The position numbers and the translations under genes were made by a program. A stretch of DNA of 57,806 nucleotides, the filler included, from Diploschistes diacapsis (taxonomy: Eukaryota), in NCBI GenBank assembly GCA_023645945.1. It is 6 parts of 6 records of this genome, joined end to end, with 100 filler letters (N's around TTAATTAATTAA, not from the genome) between each part and the next. Parts side by side here need not be neighbours in the genome. Positions count along the whole stretch, not along the records: positions 28,973 to 38,519 come from JALAIB010001027.1; positions 38,620 to 48,165 come from JALAIB010001028.1; 4 more parts are not named here. One strand, given 5' to 3'. Below are positions 35,842 to 46,186 of the stretch, piece by piece. Each line of letters opens with the position of its first letter. Within the stretch, counting starts at the first letter, position 1. The notes beneath the pieces are model-generated. The model worked only from the letters and a program-made list of their open reading frames with translations, had not been told where the DNA came from and did not search any database.

Positions 35842-37683
35842 ATGCCTCCCCAATTCGGCGCCAACTTCGTGCGCAAGCGCCTACGAAGTGCCTCCCTCAG
35901 CGCCGTCACACCCTCCCCTACATCCTCCGACTACTCTGCCGACCTCGCCCAAATAGCCTGTCGCATCCTCTACAAATCTCCGCTTCCAAGCCCAAATGAC
36001 CTCCCCATCTACATCCTCAACTCCGCCGCCTTCCCTGACACAAAGGTCGTCAGCTATGACAAGCTTCTCCCCTACGTCCTCGCCCGTTTCCCAGACGAAG
36101 AGCACCTTATCGGCGGCAAAGGCTACGAGGTTGTATTCTTCGCCGGCGGTGAGGACCAAGGGGGCCACGAGTCCAAAAGGGGCCGGCCGAGTTTCGGATG
36201 GATCATGCAGGCATACAACGTTCTCTCGCGAGCGATGCGGAAGAGGCTGCAGAAGCTCTATCTCGTACACGAGCGGCGGTGGGTGAGGGTCGTGTCGGAG
36301 ATGTTCTCAACCATCGTCTCGCCGAAATTCAGGAGGAAGGTGGTGCATGCGTCAACGCTGAGCGGGCTGGCGCTGCACATCCCTATTGAGGACTTGTTGA
36401 TTCCGCCGTCGGCCTACTACAGGGATAGGAAGCTGGCGCCGAGCATTTACTCGCCGTATGCGTCCGGGAGGAGGGCGTTTGGGGCGGTAAAACCGTTGCC
36501 CAGTGGGTTCGACGGGAAGCCGAGGTTGCCCAGAGTACTGAGGGAGACGACGAATTTTCTGCTAGCGCCGGAGAGTGTGACGACCGAAGGAGTGTTCAGG
36601 GTTAATGCGAGGGCGATTACGCTGGAGGTGCTGAAGGAGGCGTATGACCGCGGTCAGAAGTTTATCGTGTGGAGGGATGGGAACTTTGTCATGACGTTTC
36701 ACCAGTGGAAAGAAGGATATGGGGATGTTACCGTTGACGAGCCAGATCTGGTCGATGGCTATCCAGTGCTTGCTGCCGCAGGACTCATGAAGTTATGGTA
36801 CTCGGAGCTTCGGGACCCGATCTTTCCCCAAAGTGGCTACCAGTTACTGGAACGCGTATACAGTGAGAAGGAGAGCATCACGATAGACAGCATTATGAAT
36901 CTGATAGGCGAACCGTCCGATTGGTCTCCAATATTCAAAGCCAACCGCCTCGTCGTACGGATGCACCTCCTCCCCACTCTGTTCGCCATCTCAAAACATG
37001 CCGAGAATAAGATGACACCTAAAAGCCTCGCACTCTGCTTTGCACCTAGTCTCGTTCTGGGCACAGACCCAATACAGGACGCCCGGATATGCAGGTTCAT
37101 CAGCCAGATCCTCGAGTTCGCGATCTCGAACTGGGACAACGGTCTCGCAGAGTGCTGCGGCATGAGCGACGAGAAGTTCAAAGCCGTGCTCAGCCTACCA
37201 AAATCACCCGAGGATCGCGAAGACCCACTGGGCAACGAAGGCCGGCCGGGTTCGCGCAGGAACGACAACCAGACGCAAGGCATCTTGCTGGTCGAGCACA
37301 GCTCCAGCAGTTCCGAAGATGAAGGCGAAGGCGACGGCGACGCGGAAGACGATGCTACACCGCCGCCGCTGCCTCCAAGAGCGGCTACGGATAGCCCTGT
37401 GCTAACTTCGGGCTCGAACGCGGGCTCTCTGAGGAGAAAGCCGGCTCCGCTCGCGCCGGGCGCTCTGAAGTCCGCTTCGTTTACGATCGATCAGCACAGT
37501 AATGTCGCGAGCAGTCTGCCGATCAACGAGATCTCCCTGAGCGATAAGGATGCCGTGGTAAAGAATAACGAGGTTATTGTTGCGGACCAGGTGGCTTCGC
37601 CCACGTCCTTTTCACCAACACCGAGGACGCCGAGTGGGATTCCTCGGAAGCCGTTACCTGGGAGCCCGGAGACGGCTGGTTGA
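35842..37683 (+). CDS. ECM25: Divergent CRAL-TRIO (BCH) + RhoGAP domain protein (Ecm25-like)
   Basis: LPIYILNSAAFP...RKRLQKLYLVH...VSPKFRRKV (CRAL_TRIO_2); RhoGAP TEGVFRVN with arginine finger, KLWYSELRDP, NKMTPKSLALCFAPSL; PPPLPPR tail. Confidence 0.85.
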   Translation: MPPQFGANFVRKRLRSASLSAVTPSPTSSDYSADLAQIACRILYKSPLPSPNDLPIYILNSAAFPDTKVVSYDKLLPYVLARFPDEEHLIGGKGYEVVFFAGGEDQGGHESKRGRPSFGWIMQAYNVLSRAMRKRLQKLYLVHERRWVRVVSEMFSTIVSPKFRRKVVHASTLSGLALHIPIEDLLIPPSAYYRDRKLAPSIYSPYASGRRAFGAVKPLPSGFDGKPRLPRVLRETTNFLLAPESVTTEGVFRVNARAITLEVLKEAYDRGQKFIVWRDGNFVMTFHQWKEGYGDVTVDEPDLVDGYPVLAAAGLMKLWYSELRDPIFPQSGYQLLERVYSEKESITIDSIMNLIGEPSDWSPIFKANRLVVRMHLLPTLFAISKHAENKMTPKSLALCFAPSLVLGTDPIQDARICRFISQILEFAISNWDNGLAECCGMSDEKFKAVLSLPKSPEDREDPLGNEGRPGSRRNDNQTQGILLVEHSSSSSEDEGEGDGDAEDDATPPPLPPRAATDSPVLTSGSNAGSLRRKPAPLAPGALKSASFTIDQHSNVASSLPINEISLSDKDAVVKNNEVIVADQVASPTSFSPTPRTPSGIPRKPLPGSPETAG

Positions 37684-38164
37684 TAAAATCTTGCTGGACA
37701 ACTGCACTACGGAGGTAGTAGCGGAGGGTGCTCGGAGGTGGCAAGATGGGTTAGGAAAGAATCAAACCTGGGTGGAGTTATGGAGGTAAGGAGGATACAT
37801 GGGCAGGGCGGTGCTTCTATGAGTATATGCACATTGGGTGTTATCAATGGGCAAGGCCAGTACGATTATAACGAGCATAACGAATAACGAGTTACTACAT
37901 AGAGTACATTCAGCTTTGTAGTGTCTAAAGTAATAACATATGGAGGCGGTTTTATTCTGGAATTGTAGCAAATTACCGACTTTTTGTTGACTTTTACAAA
38001 TTCTTTTGTTTCCAAGCCACCAGCCCAGCTCCCTCAGCCCTACGAAGCTCCCGAAAAAACGTTACCTGCCATCAAAGCAAAGAATCACCAGCGAAAGCAC
38101 CTCGCATCAAACCCGCGTTCCCAATCTCCTGCTCTCCCCACTACAAAACCTTCCCCCCTCAACC

Positions 38165-38519
38165 ATGCAAAAGCTCCTCAAGCGCAGCCGCCTCGTCGAG
38201 CGCCAAGCCGCGGCGAAAGCGCTGCGCGCGCGCCAAAGGACGGAGGCCTTCCGAGCCTGGATGCAGAAGCAGCAGAAGATCGAGCAGAACCGGCTGAAGA
38301 ACGGGCTGGTGAAGGCGGAGCGGGCGGCGCGCCGCGAGGACTGGGTGCAGGGCGCGCTGGCGCCGAGGCGGAACGTCGGGGACAAGGCGGAGACGTACGG
38401 CGCGCTGGACCCGCAGCTGCTGCAGAGCGTGGACAAGAAGAGCAGCTGGCTGCGGGAGTGGGGGATCGTGGAGGGGGATCGCGTGGTTGTTGTCGAAGGT
38501 GGGAAGGCGGCCAGGGATG
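38165..38519 (+). CDS. MRPL40: Mitochondrial large-subunit ribosomal protein uL24m, 3'-truncated
   Basis: Basic presequence-like N-terminus, EDWVQGALAPRRNVG..YGA, and KOW start IVEGDRVVVVEG. Confidence 0.85.
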
Positions 38520-38619
38520 NNNNNNNNNNNNNNNNNNNNNNNNNNNNNNNNNNNNNNNNNNNNTTAATTAATTAANNNNNNNNNNNNNNNNNNNNNNNNN
38601 NNNNNNNNNNNNNNNNNNN
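38520..38619. other. Artificial contig spacer
   Basis: N44-TTAATTAATTAA-N44. Confidence 0.99.
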
Positions 38620-38636
38620 ATTATATCGGACTCGGA

Positions 38637-39177
38637 TGTTATTTAAAATGATACGGATCTAACCTTTAGCGATCCCCCGATTATATTTTTTAATATATTT
38701 ATTTTTAAAAATATTGAAGTATTATAATCTTTATCTTTATAAAATAGACACGAGGTATTAATTAAGGTAAATTTGGTCTCGTATAGAAAAAAAGTATAAA
38801 AAGAAAAAGAAATAAATCGATTACAAGTTTATACTGATTTTTCAAAAGATTATTATTTATTAATAAAAAGTAACGAATATAAATTGATCTCGAATAATCG
38901 TTAAAGATATTTATAAAAATAAATATATCTTTTTTTATAAAAATAAAGTCGTGTTTATATATAATTAACTCGCTCGCCGTTTATCGTAAATTTAACGAAC
39001 GATATTTTTAAAATTTATCGTTTACGAGAATAAACGCGATCGTCGAGCAGTAATAAAAGCTCGCTCGCCGTTCATAAAAATGAACGTGAGCAGTAAGCGC
39101 ATCACGTGACCCCTGGTCCCGTGACTGACCTATATATAAAGCTGGGACGTGCCAAGTCTGGTACTTGGATCGTAACA
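38637..39177. mobile_element. Probable RIP-mutated solo LTR (541 bp)
   Basis: Termini TGTTAT...GTAACA (inverted, one C>T); flanking 5-mers TCGGA (38632-36) and TCGAA (39178-82) differ by one G>A; very AT/TpA-rich body. Confidence 0.55.
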
Positions 39178-39352
39178 TCGAACGACTATTAATTAAACGT
39201 CGTATACGTAAAAAACGCGGATAAAGTACCTAGTACTTAATACGATAATTAAGATACGACGTTATCGATAATATATAAATCACGGATCGAGAATTATAGA
39301 AATATTTAATAAACCGGATCGCCGAGTTCGAATAAAGATACAACGACGTCGT

Positions 39353-39516
39353 TGTAAGGCCTGCGGGGTTACACATCTGCCGCCTACTGCCGCAGCCACG
39401 CACCTACATATAGTGTAATAGGGAAACAGTGCTTCGGGGTTCCTGAAAGCATTGTGGTTAGTCTTTTGGCTCAGTGGGATAGCGCTACCTATTAGGCACT
39501 TCCCCCCGCTGTTACA
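39353..39516. mobile_element. Solo LTR (164 bp) with perfect 5-bp target-site duplication
   Basis: TGTAA...TTACA termini; GTCGT at 39348-39352 and 39517-39521. Confidence 0.85.
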
Positions 39517-40719
39517 GTCGTGAATATAAGATTATAAAGGGTATAAAATAAGGACTATATTTACGCCATAAAGATGGTTTTAATGAAAGAGCAAAGTTGC
39601 TTTAATAATAAAAGAAAAAGATAGCAATATAGGATATATTGCTAAGACGTTTTGGGACGAATATCGAGGGTTTTATCTCGCTTATTCGGGACCTGTTTAG
39701 GATACAGCTTATATAGACATAAGCATTTTATGTCGGTGGAAATTGTAGTAGCTGTAGTAGCTACTAGCTATTACTGCTGCTACTAGAGGGTTCGCCTATA
39801 CTTACTAAGCGCGCTTGCTCCTGCCCTCGTCGCTGTCGCTATGACGCCAGGGCCACGATGCCATTAGACATCCACGCAGTATAGCTATAAAGGCTCGCCG
39901 CCCTCACTAGCTATTTGCAATCCATCTTCTTCACCATACAATGATTTGACCTTGTTCCCAACAAGGAGAGAGCCTAATGTCTATACTCGTGTGTCGAGAA
40001 GCAAACACTGTCCATTTTGCTATGGCTTATGACTGCATTTAATATTTATCTCTCCTCCTGTGCCCGTTCTTCAACCAGTTTCATAAGAAGCGCGCCTCTC
40101 ATTACAAGTCTCCGAGCAACCAAGAACACCTTGAGACCAACTTGAATAGATGGTATCAACCTGGCAGATTCAGCGATGGCTACCCGGGACTCTACTGCTC
40201 CTTTGGTCTCTAACCCTGGTTTCATCTTCAGCAACAGACTGGACTTGAAAGAGGCGTTTGAGATGGATAGTAAGGAGGTCAATATTCATACAGACATGAA
40301 TAAGGACTTTGGCTGACGAAATTAGATCAGAGAATTCCTGGAGATGATTTCTGACGACCCATGCAAACACGGTATTCCTCACGCAATGCATAAGGACGTT
40401 AGGCAGGCAATCGTACGGATGGAAATGGTCGGGTATGCTTCAATCTACCGGAAGATCTCTACATCAGTGGGTTATTATCATACTCACTCATTAAAGGCAC
40501 AATAACCCAACAAAAGTCACTTCCGGGATTTCATTACCATGGTAGATGGTGAGAGAAACTGGATTCTCTTAAGGTCCAGTGGGGCAAAGGACTTACCAAG
40601 CTCGATACAATCTATGATTGTCTCGGGTCCCGCCTTTTCTATTATTCAATCCTGTCACAATTATTCATATCAAAATCACAACCTCCCCACTCGTTACTAA
40701 ACCACTATCATTGGCCACG

Positions 40720-42444
40720 ATGCGACGAAAACTCATCAAAAATCTCAGACGGAAACATATGAAAGACTTTGAGCGCCCGCGGCATTGGTACGGTTCGTCT
40801 TTCCACCTTGAGGGTGCTTCAAAACGATTCGGTGTCGAAATCTGGGGACTTGAATGCTACGAAGTATTATTTACGGATTGGTGGTGGATGACCTTGATCA
40901 AATCTGGTTGCGAATACTACCTCTACCACTGTACTTTTTGGTCACTAGCTCGCATAGAGGAGCCCAAGAAGCTCTCGAGTATCCTCGAGATCCTTTGCGA
41001 CGACAAGGCAAGGCCCGGAGTCTTTGACAGGCTACGAACAACTCCGATCAAGAAACCGCAGGATGCTCGTCGCGTTACCGACACGCCGGCTATGTGGGCT
41101 GCGGAAGGCGATTGGAGTCCGCTGAAATATTGGTCGCAAGAGGGTTGTGAATGCCAAGTTGATCAACGGCAACAGATCGAAGCATGTTTCCCTGCCGAAG
41201 GTGTTCTATTCCCAAGTCCACAGGTGCTTCTGGCCAACGAGCGAGAATCAACTTTCGTTGTCGCATGCGGACGGGATATTCTGCTGTGGAACAAACTAAA
41301 TGGAGAGCTTTTCCGTATTGATAGCGTGGGTGGGTCTGGAAGTATTACGAGGCTGAGAAGAGAGCTTCGCAGGATTGCCTCCGACAAGCCAGACAGTTTT
41401 TTCACAACAGTAATCACGCGTGCTTCTCTGGACGTCGACAAGATACGCACGCCTTATACAACACCACACTTTGCGGCAACCATGGAGATAGACGGTGCCG
41501 ACTGCAATGTGTCGCTTCCATATGGGTGGCATAACTCTCCTTGCAAGACTTGCAAGATTGAAGAGCAGTTCACGACTCAAGAGTACCGGATCTCTTCTAT
41601 TAAGTGTCTCATGATTCAAGAAGACGGAGAGAACTCATTACTCAAGGGTATAGATGGAAAGTACTACCTGTGGAATGACGTTGGTAAACTTCTAGATGTG
41701 ATAAAGCAGCCTCTGGTATTCTCCGAAATTCTAACGGCACTCGATGTACCCACAATGCTAGTAACAGCGCCAGTCAAGAAATGCTTTGAGAAGAATCTAG
41801 CTTACGAACTTGGAATCCCTTCCGATGTGGAGTTAGTCCCATACGGATGGCTTGACAAGTGGCCGTACATTGAAAAAAGCCTTGGATGGTTCCCAAGAGA
41901 CGCCTACGGACTCAATACACCGGAGCCAATACTGATAGACCGATCAATGTGCTTCATCCTCGTCCGTTGTGGAAAACACTTTTACCTTTGGGACCTAGGA
42001 GATGAGTTTCACCTATACCGCATAACTCAATCGACGGACCTCCTTGTTATTCTCCGCCTTCTCGAAACAGATCTGGAACAGCATCTTAAACGACGTGAAA
42101 ATGGGCTTCTACCCCTCACACTTCACGACATGATCGAGGACAGGCAGCTACCACTAGTTTGCGTTTGCCAGAGTATACCAGAAGATGTCGTTCCTCGAGG
42201 ATGGGTTAGCACAAATGAAAAGCTGGAAGCTTTTCCAAAAGGCCCTTACCTGCCCTCCTTCCAAAATACACTACTCAAAAGACCAAGCGATTGCACCTAT
42301 TTCTTCCAAGCGTCTAGTGGCGAGTATTATCTCTGGAAGTCTGAATCGAGTGTTGTACAGAGGTTTATTGATCCAAGCGGTCTTTTCAACATCTTGCAAG
42401 CAAATGGACTGCGGCAATTACCTCAAAGTTTCGCAGGTAGGTGA
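40720..42444 (+). CDS. Hypothetical protein of five diverged tandem repeats (SUKH/US22-like pattern); probably extends to 42859 through a +1 frameshift
   Basis: Intronless ORF with recurring P-x-[GH]-W ... G-x-[YF]-Y-L-W ... R-I-x-x-P-x-x-L-x-x-I-L units. Confidence 0.8.
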   Translation: MRRKLIKNLRRKHMKDFERPRHWYGSSFHLEGASKRFGVEIWGLECYEVLFTDWWWMTLIKSGCEYYLYHCTFWSLARIEEPKKLSSILEILCDDKARPGVFDRLRTTPIKKPQDARRVTDTPAMWAAEGDWSPLKYWSQEGCECQVDQRQQIEACFPAEGVLFPSPQVLLANERESTFVVACGRDILLWNKLNGELFRIDSVGGSGSITRLRRELRRIASDKPDSFFTTVITRASLDVDKIRTPYTTPHFAATMEIDGADCNVSLPYGWHNSPCKTCKIEEQFTTQEYRISSIKCLMIQEDGENSLLKGIDGKYYLWNDVGKLLDVIKQPLVFSEILTALDVPTMLVTAPVKKCFEKNLAYELGIPSDVELVPYGWLDKWPYIEKSLGWFPRDAYGLNTPEPILIDRSMCFILVRCGKHFYLWDLGDEFHLYRITQSTDLLVILRLLETDLEQHLKRRENGLLPLTLHDMIEDRQLPLVCVCQSIPEDVVPRGWVSTNEKLEAFPKGPYLPSFQNTLLKRPSDCTYFFQASSGEYYLWKSESSVVQRFIDPSGLFNILQANGLRQLPQSFAGR

Positions 42445-43199
42445 AGGAGCCAGTGAAATTGGGGCCGAGGACTTTGATAGCGGCTCAAGTGAAGGGAATA
42501 ATGACCGAAGGGAACGCCCAACGTTTTCGCCAGTGCATAAAGTGGGCAGTGGAGTTGGGTTCAGCATTTCTGACACCAGCTGGGAAGATATGGCTGACGA
42601 GAAACCGGAAGGTTCGAAGTCTTTGCTATTGGATAAAACGGATAGTGGACATGAATCTGACGGGTTTGATAGCGACTCGAAAGAAGGGGCTGATGATAAT
42701 TCGGAAGGTCTGAAGTCTTTGCCACTGGATAAAGTGGACACTGGACAGGTGTCTGGTAGTTCTGCTAGTAGCGGTTCTGACAACGGCGGCTCTGATGGCA
42801 GTGGTTCTGACAACAACTTGGAAGAAGGGACTGAAGGCAAAAACCGTGCTGATAAATAGAGTCACTAATCAACGGGAGCAATGTTGCTAGGGACAGGTTT
42901 CGAATACCACTAAAAATCCTGGATACAGGTTTCCACGTTGGTGTGGGAGTGAAGCTTCTGCGTGCTTGTTTCAGTTTTGCTTCTACGTGCTCCTGCATGC
43001 TCGCTTGAGCAACTCTGGCACCTCTGTGTTGTCCTTGCATGATGGCAGGAAGTTGAGATGAAGGCTCAGGAAATAGAGTAATGATTCCAGGGGTTGAGAC
43101 AGAGGCTTAGGGGTTGGGTCAAAGGATTGTGGGAGGAAGGGGTTAATATTACAATAGCTTGCTAGTCAATACAAGACGCTTTATGCATAATTGATTCCG

Positions 43200-44600
43200 T
43201 CTGTTATCTATGCTTTTCCTCTGGTGGCTGTATACCATGTCCTTTGTTCCCCGATACAAAGCGGAGTCGCGAGTATGCATTCTGTAATCGACATTCGATC
43301 GGTTCGCATGGCCCGAATCATCGGTAGCTCGAGAAATGCAAGGAAGGCTTTATCAAAAGTATCGCTGGCCTTAATTGGAATGCCATCTTTTGCGCATTGT
43401 GCTAAAAGGATGGATCCAACGTTCCGAAGCAGACAAACCCAATATCAGTATTGGTCGCAAGCGCAAGGCTGTACCTGAAAACGAATAATAGTACGGAAGA
43501 GTTCGACAGGGAATTAAAGGTAGCCTTGAAGAGCTGGACCAAGTCGAAGTTAACGCGCTTACAGGCACTGCTCAACTGTTAGCTGTCAGCGCAAACCCCA
43601 ATCAAGGTGCACACTTTCTCTGCAGGTAGCAGTGAAAAGCGCTAAGCTTTGGACTGGAGGATGGCGCGGAAAGCTTACTTCGTCCCGTCCGTCGGTCGAA
43701 CTTCCTCTTATACTCCAAGCGCTCGTAGTGTGCTCGAATTCCTCGTGATGGGCTTCTTTTCCCGCTGGATGCGGGATCTGCTATCACGGCCTTTGCTTTG
43801 TAGTGGTAAGCTTCTTGCAATCCAGCTGCCTGGAAGCATGCCCATTATGGGGAGTGAATGTTGCCGGGACATGGAGGGCAATCTTTTTTGACGGAGACTG
43901 CTATTTAGTGGCCCTGCCAGCGAGCCCAAAGGAATACTTTGATTATTATTGATCGCAGGTTACTTCAAGGCTAATGATCGGCCTCCAACCTCGCAAGGAG
44001 GAAGCCTTCTGGACGATTTTGTCGTATCTTCAATGTCGATAGTGGACACAGTTCTAAGTTCACTTGGTAACTCATTTGTATTGGTCTTATTGAATTGCAT
44101 CGGAAAAACATGGTTTCTGTGACGAGCGACCGTTGAATTGGAAGAGCTCCTATCGTATCCCCATATCTATGGGATACTGCGGTCGATACAAGCAAAACGC
44201 TATATAGGCTTTGCGGCGAGCTCTATAGTACAACCCGTCACCAATATGCCTTACTCGATTGAATAACCAAGATGGTGGTGTTTGAACGTCTCCTAAGCCG
44301 TTAACACAGCGAGTACAGATGTTGTATGGATGGATCTTGAAGACCAGCAGTGGCGTTATTGACAGCTTAGCTGATGACCTCTGATCTCGTTCCAAGCATT
44401 CGACGATAACAAACTGCACCTTACGAAGGCGATTCAATGAGCGAATTGGAAAGCCAACTACTTTCCGGTTGTGATTCATGGAGTACTCGCTAATAGAGAA
44501 TAGATCGAAGACTTCTTGGAGGGTCTTCTCAAGGATTCTTCAAACAATGAGATCCCAGGAGAGGCAAAGGAAGACGTGATAATGGTGGTCAAGATAATGA
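43200..44600 (-). pseudogene. Degenerate coding remnant, possibly F-box-like at its 5' end
   Basis: Broken minus-strand frames; SPWDLIV*RILEKTLQEVFDL precedes the 44150-44479 ORF in frame; limits approximate. Confidence 0.2.
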
Positions 44601-46186
44601 TGACTTCCTTATACACTCCAGTTTTTAGGCGTTTCATACATATTGCTTTGGTATGCTAATCAGTGACGCGGTATTAGGTGTACGGGCCAGATGATGGCTC
44701 TCCTGGTCGAGAAAGACAGGATGTGGGTCTTAACGCCCGTCCAATAGGCGGCGAGGGCTTCATATTGCTGTATACGTGTCGTGATGTCTTTAGGTATCTG
44801 CTTTCAGTTAACCAAATCAGGCAAAAGCTAACGTTGGAGGCCACTATGCACCACTTCCGGCCCCGTACGGCACATAGTGCGGGACAGCCTCCCAAGGCGA
44901 CCCAACACCACTCATCGGTCATTGCGCTTTGCTAGAGGCAGGACATAAACGCACAACCAACCGCATGTACGGAAGTCGAGACCCCTCTAAGCGATGTGAG
45001 CCAGCATTGCTTGCGCCAATACAGGCAAGAATGAAGCGACAGAACAAGAGCAAGAACCAAAGCTGAAAAATAACCATGCAGATTGCGGTCCGAAGACGAG
45101 AGCTCTAACCAACGCGTGGGATATGTGCGTAGAAGTTTCCCTTCTTGGCTGGCGTATGCAAGCCAAGGATAAGATACCTATCTGCCTATCCAAAACCAAG
45201 AATCAATACTTCACCAAACTAGGAATTGAGCAGCTGCGCATGGTCTATTGGGGTCCCGTGCCGGGATCTCCAGCAAGGAGATGTAGCGATGGCTCATCAG
45301 TGCTCGTTCCACCACATCCGTCGCATTTGTCAATTGCCGTCTATTTCACGCTTTCCCCATCGTTCGAGTTCGTGATCATGATGATCTTACCCCAATCTGC
45401 GCGACAACTTGGCCAAAAATAGTACTCGGTAGTACATCGCCATTTGCATTCGGACTGCTGGCCATAACATAGGGACTGATGTCAACGGCGTTGTACTAGC
45501 TTGCTGTCCCAGTACAGCTGCTTCTGAAGGCTCGATTAATCTCCATAAGATACGACCATGAGATTGCTGGGGGAGCTGGGGTGTAATGAGGTTCAGCAAA
45601 GCTTTAGTGTGAAGCTTGAGAAGGGTGAGAACATCGAAAGCACGCCACCGCTTAACTCAAGACCTTGATGCGATAACATAGGAAATAAAGGTAGAAAGAG
45701 AAATGATGCACAATCTGTGCATACAAACGAAGCTGCCTCTCCAAATTCCAACAGGGCACCTTGTGGTTACTCATTACCTCGATGTCTACGTTAAGTAATA
45801 GCAGGAAAGACCTGGATATGGTGTTGTTTCCCGAATCCACTCTGACAGCTTTGCTTTAAAGAGACTCGGAGGCCTCTGCGAATGGCCAGCGTTGGTCATT
45901 ATCCTAGGTAGTTGGCACGAATTACGATTAGTGGCTCCAATATTCAATCAACGCGGCTGTTCGCTGTGCATGCATAGCTGGAAGGTACGATGCGCAAGAT
46001 TGATAATGGCAGGGTCTAGATTGCGTTTCATTGAGCAACAGTCCAACAGATGGGGAAAGCGCAGTTGAGAACAGTCATAAGCATTCGCAATCTCAAGAAG
46101 CTCCGTCTCATGTGTTCAGTATTTATGTTACTTCTTCGTTGCTTCTCCTATAGCCCTTTACTGTTTCACTTTCTCTCTTCGACAAC

